Shown in pieces: positions 12,601-24,148 of a stretch of 64,000 bases of DNA (positions are counted from its first letter, which is position 1; every line of letters begins with the position of its first letter). The DNA comes from Adineta vaga (taxonomy: Eukaryota > Animalia > Rotifera). The DNA lies in NCBI GenBank assembly GCA_021613535.1, contig CP075496.1, forward strand, positions 744,001-808,000, given 5' to 3'. The notes beneath the pieces were generated by a model. The model was not told the origin of the DNA, did not search any database, and saw nothing but the letters and a program-made list of their open reading frames with translations. Made by a program: the position numbers and the translations under genes.

Positions 12601-15095
12601 ATGCTTCGAATAAAAAGTATTTTACAAGGTGGAAATAATGTTTCCGTTAAAGAAAAATATGTTCCTTTGAAAGAAGTTCGTGTTGAAGGAAAGATTCATT
12701 CTTTTGCAGCTGATGTAACAATCAAACAAATCTTTCGTAATGAAGAAACAAATCCAATTGAAGCTGTTTATTGTTTTCCAATTGAAGAACAAGCAGCAAT
12801 TTATAAATTTGTTGCACAAATTGATGATCGACAAATTGAAGCTGAATTAAAAGAAAAAAAAGAAGCACAAAAAGAATACAACGATGCTCTTCAACAAGGT
12901 CATGGTGCATATTTACTCGAACAAAATGAACAATCACAAGATAATTTCATCATTAATGTTGGTGCACTTTTACCTGGAAAAGAATGTCATATAACAATAT
13001 CATATGTAACTGAATTAGATCTAATTGAAAATGGAAAAAAAATTCATTTTGTTGTTCCAACAACCATTGCACCTCGTTATAATCCATCCCAAGGTGGAAT
13101 ATCATCACCAGCTGGAACAAATTCTCAATATATTCAAACAACACCATATACAATTGATTTTCAATGTCAAATTGATAAAACAAATGTTTCAAGTGTTAGT
13201 TCATCATCTCATCCAATTCAAATTTAAATCAAACAGATTATTATTTAATAAAATTTAGTCAAACTAATACACATTTAGATCGTGATATTCTTGTTGATAT
13301 TCATTTAAATGAACAACGATCAAATACAATTTTAGCAATTGAATCAAATGTTTTTATGATTTCATTTACACCAAATGAAGAAGATTGTCGACGTGCAATG
13401 AAGAATGTTGAAACAACAAATGAATTTCTCTTTATTGTTGATTGTAGTGGATCAATGCAAGATGAAAATAAAATTGGTTATGCTCAACAATCAATGTTAC
13501 TTTTTCTTAAAAGTCTCCCATTAAATTCTCAATTTAATATTATTCGATTTGGATCAGATTATCAATCATTATTTGATTCAGCAACTGTTGTTTATAATGA
13601 AGAAAACTCAAAAAAAGCAGAACATTTAATTAAAAACATGCGAGCAGATTTAGGTGGAACAGAATTAGTAAGTGAAACGTATTTTATTTAAAACTTTAAT
13701 TTAATTCTTTTATTCTTATTTTAGTTAAATCCATTAAAATGGCTTGAAGAACATCCACCACAAGAAGGTCGTTCTCGACAAATCTTTCTTTTAACTGATG
13801 GTGAAATCTCTAATGTTGATCAAGTTCTTGATTTATGTCGTTCAATGTCAAAATCATCTCGAATCTTTTCATTTGGCTTAGGAGCTTCGCCAAGTCGTTC
13901 ATTAGTCAAAGGTTTAGCACGTTCAACAAATGGTCGTTTTTGTTTTATTCCACCATCAACAAAAGTTGATACATTTGTTGGACAACAATTAGAAAAAGCA
14001 CTTCAACCATCAATAACAAATATTCAAATTAAATCGAATTTATCTTCACAAATAACAACAGCACCAAAAGTTCTCCCACCCGTTTATGCAAATGATCGTT
14101 TGATTATCTATGGATTTCTTGATAACTCATCATATGAATTTGATCATAATATTGAAATTGAATTATTTAATAATGAAAATAAATTAAGTGAAGCAAAAAT
14201 TACACAAATACCAAATATAATTACGAATCAAACAATTAGTCGTTTAGCTGGAAAAGCTTTAATACTTGAATTACAACATTCAAAATTAGCACCAATTCGT
14301 AAAGGATCAACGCAACCAAGATTTCAAGAAGAAAACAAGCAATCTATTGACGAACAAAAAGAAGAACAAAAGAAACGTATTATTGATTTATCATTAAAAT
14401 ATCATATTCTTAGTCCTCATACATCTTTTATTGGAATTGAAAAACGTTTAAATGGAAATAATGATCAAATGGTTTTACGTGAAGTTCCAATTCAAATTTC
14501 AGCTGATGATCAACATTTACGAATGCAAAACTTTGCAAGTTCATCTAGTGCAAGTGGAATGCTTAACATGTGTATGATGCCGTGTGCACCCAAACTTTGG
14601 TCTCAAAATCATATTGTGACTAGTTGCGCGATGAAGACAAGTTCTATGAATTATGGCAATTTCTGCCAAGCACAAATGTCGCACCTCACCTTCGATCGTA
14701 CTATTCCACCATTTCCTTCTGATTGTTTATCTAATTCTCGACGATTCCTAGACCATGAAAGCGTAGAAAAAGAATATAAAGAAGAATTTCCAAGAGACGA
14801 TGAAGATATTGTTCGTTATTTAATCGATAAACAAAATTTCGATGGTCTTTGGGCATTTGATTCTGAAATTATTGAAAAATTAACTGGAAAATCTTTAAAA
14901 GAATTTCAATATTCAATCAAAAAAGAATTAATTATTTCAATAATAATTCTTATTCTATTAGAAACACGTTTTTCCTCATATTCATCAATGTGTCATGGAA
15001 TTATACAAAAATCAAAAAAACGAATTTTAGATTTACTCAACAAAGATCAAAATCAATATCAATCTTTTTACGATCAAATTCGTCAACAACTTTAA
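12601..15095 (+). pseudogene. Second VWA5A-like copy with a 4-bp deletion frameshift (stop 13225-13227); intron 13668-13724
   Basis: Nearly identical to 2199-4754, including the intron. CAAATTGATTTAAATC in copy 1 is CAAATTTAAATC here. Could be a true null or an assembly error. Confidence 0.85.
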
Positions 15096-15847
15096 TGAAT
15101 TACTTTATTTGTTTGTTTTTTTTAAATAGAAAATAAATTAGATCTTCATAAAACAACGAAAAGGAAATGTCGTCATATATTTTATAATAATATAAATTGA
15201 AGATTATTATTTTTCTAAAGTTTTATTAAAAGACAGAATAAGAAAATCAGCGGAAAATGTTTTATCTATGACTAACGGTTAACAAATGAAGCAACTACTT
15301 TGAGTAATACATTATAAAAAAAGAAACGAAATGAGAAAGAGAATTTCCTAAGAAAGAACAATAAAAGAAAAGAATCAGAAGTTAAAATATCTTGTTCTTC
15401 CATAACGATGAATTTGACTAGAAAATTTCTTTTGTTTCCTTCAATTTATTTCTTCATTCGATTTTCCGTTTGTTGTTTTGTTGATAATTGTGTTAAACCA
15501 CGAAGAGATGTTCCATTATCTAAATAAAATTAATAATTAAAAACAATCTTTTTTTCTTCTTCTTTTATATTCAAATGGATTGTGCTAATTCGTGTTCCCC
15601 GTTGAATGACGCGTATCTGTTTTCTTTGATGAATATTAATGTATATATGTATCTTACCGTGAGTCATACTGCTGTTATTTGAGCGTCGGATAACGACGAG
15701 GAACACCAAGTAGCACAAACTGATTGTATATGTTATTGCAACAAAAATTTTATCAAAAAGCCAAGCAAAATGTTCATTTGATTTCTTAACTAGAGTAAAA
15801 TCAATCACAATACTAACCAAAGCAAAGCATTTTACAAAAGCAAACTA

Positions 15848-18101
15848 TTACCCACCTGTTAAATCATTTCCAGGTAAAATTGTTGCATCTGAAAATAAAT
15901 TTAAATAGATATTTTTTTAAAAAGAAAAAGCATTTTTTCAAACCTTTCTTTTGTTTAATTGATGTTATTGTTGGAACATCATCGGATGATGAAGCATATG
16001 TTTCACTTACTACTTTACTTATTGATGTTGGTCCTGTTAAATTACCTACACCTGATAGAACACATAGAATAGATTAAATATTCAACTAATATGTTTTTCT
16101 TTACCTTGGCTATAACTTGTTACAATTGTTGATTTAACTGTCCAATTCGATTCCGGTATATGTGATGTTGTTTGATCATGTGAAAGAAGTGTTGATCTAA
16201 TTTGATTGAAAGAAAAAAAGAAATTTGATTTTTATAAGAAATGAATGAAACTAACGGAGAATGACCAAGTAAAGGCGTTGATGTTTTTTCATTCAAAAGT
16301 TTCTGTGAAAGAACGGTTGTTTTCGGAGCTTCTTCAATGATCTTTTGTGTAACAACAGTTGGTTTTGAAATAACATTTTGTGTGGCAACGGTTGTTTTTG
16401 GAGCTTCTTCAATGATCTTTTGTGTAACAACAGTTGATTTTGAAATAACATGTTGTGTGGCAACGGTTGGTTTTGGGCTCTCCGTAATGATCTTTTGTGT
16501 AAGAACGGTTGGTTTTGGAACTTCTGGAGTAACATTTTGTGTGACAACCGTTGGTTTTGGGCCTTCTGGAATAGTCTTTTGTGTACCAACGGTTACTTTT
16601 GGAATTTCTTCAATAATCTTTTGTGTAACAGTGATTGGTGTAGTTGATTGTTTAGTAGAATTCGTAACTTGCTGAGTTGATGATGAAAGAGTTGTTCCTT
16701 TGGATGAGGTTTTAGGAAGATTAGTAATTTGCTGTAATGGGATTGATGATTCTTTAGTTGTGACTGTTTTTTCAGGTAGAATTTGTCTTGGTTGTGATGG
16801 ATGATATTGTTGAGGAAGATGAGCAATATTTCGTTCTAATTGTTGTTGAATATTTGAAAACGAATCTCGACCAAAATAATCAATATGGCCAGCTTCCCAA
16901 GCACGACGATGTGCAGCTGATCCTGTTTCAACACCTCGATTACTTGTTAAATTTCCATAATTAAGTGAACCAGAATATTGACCAAAAGAGTTCTATAATT
17001 TATATTTTTTAAAGAAAATTCAAAGAAAAAAATCATTTACCTGTTGATGAAAAGCTGATTGATTATTTGAATCATCAATCTAAAGAAAATATTTTATATA
17101 ATAAAATTTGTAGAAGAAAAAAACAAATTTACTTTATTAAATTTTGATAATTTTGGCCAAACATTTCGATGCATAATTCTCCACCAAGAAAGAAGAAAAT
17201 CTCTTTGAACATCGCTTTGTCCTGTTGAATTTCCCGATAATTGTTCATTTTGTGGATTATATGTTAATTGCCATGGTTTAGTTGCACCAGCAAAATGAAC
17301 AACATGAATATCATTACGAAACCTATTTGAAAAACGAAATATTCATTTCATTGACAAAAAAAAACTCTTCCTTCTTACCTTGTAACTGCTGGTAAATATG
17401 AATAAAATGCATTTGCTGTAACATTATATGTAAATGGTAAATGTCGAGATATATCACCTGATCTCCAACTAGAAAAGAAATCATTTAAAAGACCTTGATC
17501 ACCACCTAAAAGAGATAATAAAAATCAAATAAATTCTTTTGTTTTGAAATAAACAAACCATCAAATGATGAATTTTGTTGTGATGCAAAGTTCATAAGTT
17601 TTCGAAATGTTTCTTTTGATGGTTGATAAACAAAAACACCTGAATTGAAACAATCAGGCCAACCAGCATCAGGTGCAGCTGAAAATTCTTCTCTTTCAAA
17701 TAAATCATCTATCGGACGTAGAACAACACAATCGGAATCCAAAAAAACACATTTTGTATATTGTTCTAATAACCAACAATTGATTTTTGTAAATGTAATT
17801 CCAAGTTCTGGTCGTGCTAATAATTTTAAATGTTCACTATCATTTGAATTTAATTCTTCAACAACAACTAATTCATCAAAACTTGTTTCTAATGCTTGTC
17901 TAAATAAAATATTTCATAAATTTATTCTTTTTCTTTACAATTAAAAATTACTTACTTAATTGTATCAGATAAATGATTTGATATAAGTACAACTAATTTT
18001 GCTTTTGTTCCAACTTGACGAATTGATTCAGCAAGTACAAGTGCACCAAGAGCATAAGCATCATTTGTTGCTAATGTTACAAATGCTTGGGATGTAGACA
18101 T
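15848..18101 (-). CDS. GYG1: Glycogenin (GT8) with a long Thr/Pro/Val-rich repetitive C-terminal extension, multi-exon
   Basis: [93 protein letters not shown], and the glycogen-synthase-binding motif [17 protein letters not shown]. Short GT-AG introns. Confidence 0.92.
16300..16632 (-). repeat. Coding tandem repeat of 30- and 39-nt units ([13 protein letters not shown] / [11 protein letters not shown]) inside glycogenin
   Basis: Repeated TCTTTTGTGTAACAACAGTT / TTTTGTGTGGCAACGGTTG units; a 69-nt higher-order unit is duplicated across ~16325-16465. Confidence 0.9.
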
Positions 18102-19580
18102 TTTTTATTGAAGAAATATCTTGATGAACTTTATTTGATATAAAAAGAAAACAAAGAGAAATGATTGTACACTTAAACATACCTCACTATTTAAATCAAT
18201 TCTTATCATCTATGTGTCGAACTGTTCCTTTGTACCATCACGCTGTCAGTGCATGCTTTCTGTTCGTTACACTCGTTCGTACAAAGAATAAAAGTTTCAA
18301 AATATTTTTTTTTAAAAATTGACCTTAATGCACTTTGATCTCAAACACTTTCTTTGCTGTAAAAAAACGTCTTGTCTAAGATAAAAAAATCTGAAAATGT
18401 TCTCTCATCGATATAACATTAAACAAAGGAGAGATTTTCCAGAAAAGAAAAGAAAAGAAATAGACGAAGACGAATGTTTCTTAAACTAAATGAACTGAAA
18501 AGAAAAGGAACTGTTAGGTAGAAATAACGAGTTAGAAAAGAATGTTACGAAACAATACAATCTTTCGATTTTTATTTAAATTCAATTATTCACTTTTATT
18601 AACAAATTATATTTCAAATAATAATTGAAGATTTCTTCATTTGAAAAACGAATTGATTTTCTTCAAAAAAAAGAAGATAATTTTAATTATAGATGTCAGT
18701 CACAAAAAGAGAAATTTAGATCTTTGGATTTTATTCGTTATCTAAAGATAAAGTTAGTAATAAAATAAGTTTTTTTGGTGAAACCATTATGTAAGTTTTG
18801 AAGATAAGGTGTTTTCGTGAGTTCCGTTTATTAATGAACAAGAACAAGAGTGAAAGCAACACACGTATATATATAGATATGATATAGAGAGAAGGAAGAG
18901 AGAAGAACTAGATGGCGCTCGGTGTACGAAATACGAAAGAGAACAAAGATACACGCACATATATATAGGTATATGTATTGGATAATTTCTTCGTATATGT
19001 GATGATATGAATAAGGAAAACTTCAATATACATATTTCGGAATTGTCCAAATACTAGCACATTAGATCAATTCATTATCTATTTTTGGACTTTGAACTTT
19101 CAAAGATATCTTTCATTTTTAATCTTCAATTACTTTTAGTAAATTCTAGACATAGATGAAAATTGTCCGGAAAATTATTGATAACTACTATCCGGATGAT
19201 GAGTGCGGGTGTTGACATGGAAGTAGAATATATCCTCACCCCCGCCCATACGAATCAAAACATTTTCAGTGGAGTGTGAACAATAGAAAACGTTAGCTTG
19301 TATTTGGCGGACGCCTGCGAATGCGAACTAGTCTGAAATGATAAGGATGATTGATTCGTCGATGACTTTTGTTTGATTTAATCAATTGTAGTCATTGAGT
19401 TATACATATATAGATAGATAGAGAGAGAGAGAAAAATATATAAATACTTTACATACAGAAAAGTTTGCGGTGATTTTGAATCATTATAGATTATTCATAC
19501 TGTTATTTTGATTAATCGAATGACACCAATAAATTGTTCACAATTCAATAAAAAATTTAAAGGAAAAGAACTTTCAAAAG

Positions 19581-20203
19581 ATGAATAATCAAAAGTAAGA
19601 TTTGTTTCATGAGTTCATAAATTACTGAGTGTATTTTTAGATCTTGAATAATTTTATTGCACAATGTGAAGTGATCGACAATCAACTGGAATATCGTTCA
19701 CATCGAGCTCTTATTCATTTTGATATGTCCAATTGGCAAGGTAAAGAATATTTCTATTTATTATCTTTACATGAATTATGCTTTTTTTCTTTTAGAAGTG
19801 TTGTCTGACATCCAATTTGTTGAAAATGTATCAAAATCTATCTGATTCTTTGCTTCTGATAAAATGGTACGTAAAAACTGTGTATTCTCTTTAAAACAAG
19901 ACTAATGTATTTTATTAAATAAGAAAGCAACTTTTTATTATGATGCATATAAACTTCGAGAAGAGATAAAAAGTGTCAAAGGATTGAATTGTAAGATAAT
20001 TCTTTTTATTTAACATATGTATTATTTAATATGTTTTTCAGTGTTTGTCAACAAATATCAGTCGGAGTTTTTCAATGCTAATAGTAGTGATAACATTGAT
20101 AAACTTTGTGCAGGTATGTTTACATTTGACTTTAAATAGGAAGACTATTTTCATTGATTTTAGAAAATAAAAAGAAACGGTTCTCATTGAAGCGATTAAA
20201 CTA
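19581..20203 (+). pseudogene. Small multi-exon decayed gene inside a ~1.35-kb segment absent from the duplicate block
   Basis: A chain of canonical donors and acceptors gives ILNNFIAQCEVIDNQLEYRSHRALIHFDMSNWQ-EVLSDIQFVENVSKSI*FFASDKM-KATFYYDAYKLREEIKSVKGLN-LFVNKYQSEFF..DKLCA-ENKKKRFSLKRLN*. One internal stop and a first-exon phase mismatch. Confidence 0.45.
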
Positions 20204-20484
20204 ATGTCTTTTTGAATTGTTGTTTTGTTTTCTTGAAATAATCAGAATATTTTCTGCGATTTTAGAAAAGAAAGCATCAATTGTCTTCAATCTAACTTTA
20301 TTTATTTTTTGTAAAATATGCGTATACCTATGCTTCAAATGATATTTCTTTTCCATGATCGAAATATGCGACTCTAATGTAATCAGATAATCATTATTTT
20401 TTTTCTTTCTTTATTCTATATTCAATAAATAGTCGTTGTGATTATTAATTTAATCCTTTCAATTCCATTGACGAATTTCATTTG

Positions 20485-21130
20485 AGATAAAAAATGAAGA
20501 TTTCGCAATTTATTTTTAGTAAAAGTTAATCGAAATAATAAAAAAGAAAAACTTCAAATAAAGATTATTTTCATACGATAAATAAATCTTTTTAAATTTG
20601 TCGATTCGACGTTAACTTTCGCAGCGAACTTTCAAAATAAATTTTCTTAAAAATAAAAATTCCAAATATTAAAGATCATATAAGATGCAGAAAAACAATA
20701 TATGCAAACAATTGAAGAATTAATTAAAAAAAGTTCAGCACATTGGGAACTTGTTCTTAATCGACCGGAAAAATATAATGCAATTACACAACCAATGTAT
20801 GAGAGATATATTGAAATTCTTGATCAAGCTGCTCAAGATAAACAATTAGTTTTACTTTCAATTACAGCGAAAGGAAAATTTTATTCATCTGGAACTGACT
20901 TAGCTGATTTTGCAAAATGGCTGTAAGCTTTTCTCATTAAAATGCCTTTTTTCTATCAGTTTACTTGACGGTGTTTTTGCTTCATCACGTGCAACATTTT
21001 CTTTACCATTTACACGAACTGCACAATCAGCTGTAGGTTGTTCTTCATTAGTATTTCCATCATTAATGGGTTCATTACATGCAAAAGATGTTCTTTTATT
21101 TGATCGTAAATTAACAGCACAAGAAGCTGA
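20485..21130 (+). pseudogene. Internally deleted copy of the ECI2-like gene and its upstream region
   Basis: Matches ~23890-24095, 24426-24468, 24547-24798 and 24954-25123. Start codon and most of the ACBP domain are deleted; 3' end truncated by the element at 21135. Confidence 0.9.
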
Positions 21131-21134
21131 AAAA

Positions 21135-22250
21135 CCCAGGTCAACCAATCCGATGTTGGATCAGATAGAATCCTATAGGATTTCTGGTGACGGAATCGAA
21201 TAGGAATCTGACTGTCAGAATCCAATACACTTCCGATAATATCCGATGAATTAAAAAAAATTTCAAAACACGTAATTTATTAGTATTTTCTAAAATTAAA
21301 AATCCTTTAATAATTCACTTGATATCTATCTTGTACGATTTCTCTGGATTGTTTCTCAGTTTAAAATCCTTTACCTATCCACTTCATATGTATCATGAAG
21401 GATTTCTCTCGATTGTTTTTCGATTTTAAATCCTTGAATTATATTCCGCATATGCTCGATTAGAGTATGATTCGTTTGGATTGGTTTAGGATGGAACACT
21501 TATTGTGTAGATTGTATAGTGGCCTAATTAAAGGGTGGAGGAAATGGATCGGCGTTGGAATGTGATTTATTTTCCTGGCTTTCAGATTCATACGAGATGA
21601 AATAGATGAAAGAATGTCAATGTCAAAGTTTGTTTGTGGAGAATTAATCGAATGTTTCGGTGGAAACTAAAGATTTTTTTGGGTGATATAGTTGGAAATG
21701 TGAGTTGATGTTTTGGTTTCTTTTGGATATGTTGCTCTGAGTTGTTGGGGATGCCTGGCAGTGCTAATTATTTTCATAAGCAGTATTTGTACATCGGTAG
21801 GTAGTGTTGCTTTGACGAAAGCACGAAGCTGGCAGTTATATTAGCAAAGTAAATGTTTTCAGTGGGAATGGGTAGTCATGGAAGACGACAATGGATGATA
21901 TGTGTTGTTGAAGAATGCTCGCTGTTGCTGGCGCTGTGGTTGTTAAGATGGTGGATGCCGTAGATTTTTGTAGATGATACTTTATGATGGAGTTATAAGG
22001 TATGAAATAGGAAAAATACGGTCTGCTTTAAATGTGATTTGTTGGAAAATATGTATTTCGGTGGCAGTTAGGTAATGTATATTCATAAATAGCGTCAAAT
22101 AGTTTGAATATCGTTTTTCAGGTTCACCTAATGCGTCTTTTTGGCTGTTTATTATATTCATTTTAAGATTTATGTCGGAATATGTTGGAAATCGTTGGAA
22201 GTCATGGGTTCAGATTACTAGGATCCGAGTCTGGGATTGGTCGACCTGGG
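21135..22250. mobile_element. TIR element of the same family as 10947-11411, with ~0.9 kb of unrelated internal sequence
   Basis: CCCAGGTCAACCAATCCGAT (21135) and GGATTGGTCGACCTGGG (ends 22250). Subterminal GGATTTCTGGTGACGGAATC is shared with the other copy. Confidence 0.85.
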
Positions 22251-22514
22251 ATGCGATAATCAAGTAAAGATGAACTGTTGTGTAATGCAGTGATGTACCG
22301 AATGAAATGAAACGGCAGTATTTCACTGTAAAGAAGACATAAAGAAAGTATAAAATCGTCCGCAAAGAAACATGTTCCGATGCACTAGAAAGAAAAGAAA
22401 ACGGAAACTATTACGATCACGTCGAATTATAACGAAAGAAAAAGATAAATTATTTCTCTTTCGATCTACCAGACTTATAATTTGAACAGCATGTTTACCC
22501 TATGGATATCCTTC

Positions 22515-22612
22515 TTTCTTTACAAACACGCTTTTCATCATATTCATCGATGTGTCGTAGAATGATGCAAAATCAATATCAATCCTTCTATGAACAAATC
22601 CAAAAACATCTT
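22515..22612 (+). pseudogene. Remnant of the VWA5A-like 3' end
   Basis: LQTRFSSYSSMCRRMMQNQYQSFYEQIQKHL vs LETRFSSYSSMCHGIIQ...NQYQSFYDQIRQQL. Confidence 0.8.
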
Positions 22613-23039
22613 TATTATGAGTTTTTTAGTTTTATAAACTTATTTTTATTATTAAAAAGAAAATCATCGCAAAAATGTTTTCTTTTTATGTTTGTCTAGG
22701 ACGAAATTTTCATAAATGGAACAACTAAATATAAAAAAAGAATCTGAAGTTTAAAATGTTAATTGATGAATTGATGTTCGATTATCTATAGAGAAATAAA
22801 AAAATATAAAATTTCTGATCAACTTTTAAGGTATGTGCAGATTTCCAAAAAACGAAATTTCTCAACATTTAAAATACATTCAAATCAATCAAATGATCCC
22901 AAACAAACAATTTCGAAAAATTCGGAGAAAGTTTGTTTATGCTTAAAATACTGATGAAGAGATTTTGGAAATTACATTTTAAGGAAATCTGTACAGTGCT
23001 GCCCAAAACCAAAGCACTATACAATTCAACATAAACACA

Positions 23040-23300
23040 TTTGTTAAATCATTTCGAGAAGAAATTGTTATGTCTAAAATGATATTTAAAAGAAATGTTT
23101 TTTTATTGATTCGTTTTTCTTAGATATAAAATATGAACCTTTTCTTTGGTTTAATGATGTTATACTTGGAATATCATTGGCAGATGATGTAGATGTTTCA
23201 TTGAATACTTTGCTTTTTACGGTTGATCCTGTTAAATGATTTACACTTTGAGTATAACTATAGTCACAATTGGATTCAGGTATATGTGATGTGGTTGTTG
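23040..23300 (-). pseudogene. Remnant of glycogenin 3' exons
   Basis: TGTTAAATCATTTC, CCTTTTTCTTTGGTTTAATGATGTTAT, GTTGATCCTGTTAAAT and GATTCAGGTATATGTGATGTGGTT resemble 15857-16170. Confidence 0.6.
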
Positions 23301-24148
23301 TTGTTGTTCTAGAGGTTTTTAAATGAATATCTTTGATATGTTTTTTATATTCAGATATTGTTGAACATGACGTTTTACAAAATAAACATCAGTATGTTAA
23401 TTATTCAATTTTAACTATATAACCTGATAAATTGTTTAAATCTTCACGTGTATTTAAAGAAATAGATAATACTGATGATGATATTTGCCAACAAAGTTAT
23501 GTATGACATCGGCATAATTCATATAGTGGTGTTTCATTCGATTTATTTTCCATATAAAACAACTTACAAACAAAATTACATCTTTTACAAGTATAATGAA
23601 CATGTGTTAGATGAGAATCTAATCTACTTATAAATATTTTTGTTATACGAAAATATTCGAATGTGCTCAAATAGAATTTTTCGATCTTTATTATAGATGT
23701 CAGTAACTACAAGTGAAGTATAGATCTTCAATTTTTATTTGTTATACAGATAAAACCAATGATAGAATAATTTTTTTTCGTTCGTAAAGAAATACTAAAG
23801 TCAATTCACTATATTGTCTTTCGACCTTGAACTTACAAGGATATTTTTCATCGTTAATTTCAATGATTTATTTTTAAATATATTAATTAAAGATACGAAA
23901 AATGCAGATTTATTTCGCAATTTATTTTTAGTAAAAATTAATCGAAATAATAAAAGAAAAAAAAACGATTTCATTAGAGATTATATTCATTCATTAGATA
24001 AATTCTTTTAAAATTGTCGATTTGACATTAATTTTTGAAGAAAACTTTCTAAATTAATTTTCTTTAAAATAGAATATTTGAATCCTAAAGATCATTTTCT
24101 GTTATTTAAATAGAAAATGTTAAAATGATAACCTTTTCATCTTTAGAT

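Noticed and set aside
16293-16675. CRISPR-like array, or separate ORFs on the 30/39-nt repeats
   Set aside because: No unique spacers; unit lengths are multiples of 3 and lie in frame in the glycogenin exon. The listed ORFs are other frames of it.
23340-23625. Possible Cys/His-rich gene fragment on the minus strand (HVHYTCKR, LCRCH)
   Set aside because: Too short and broken to support a family call.
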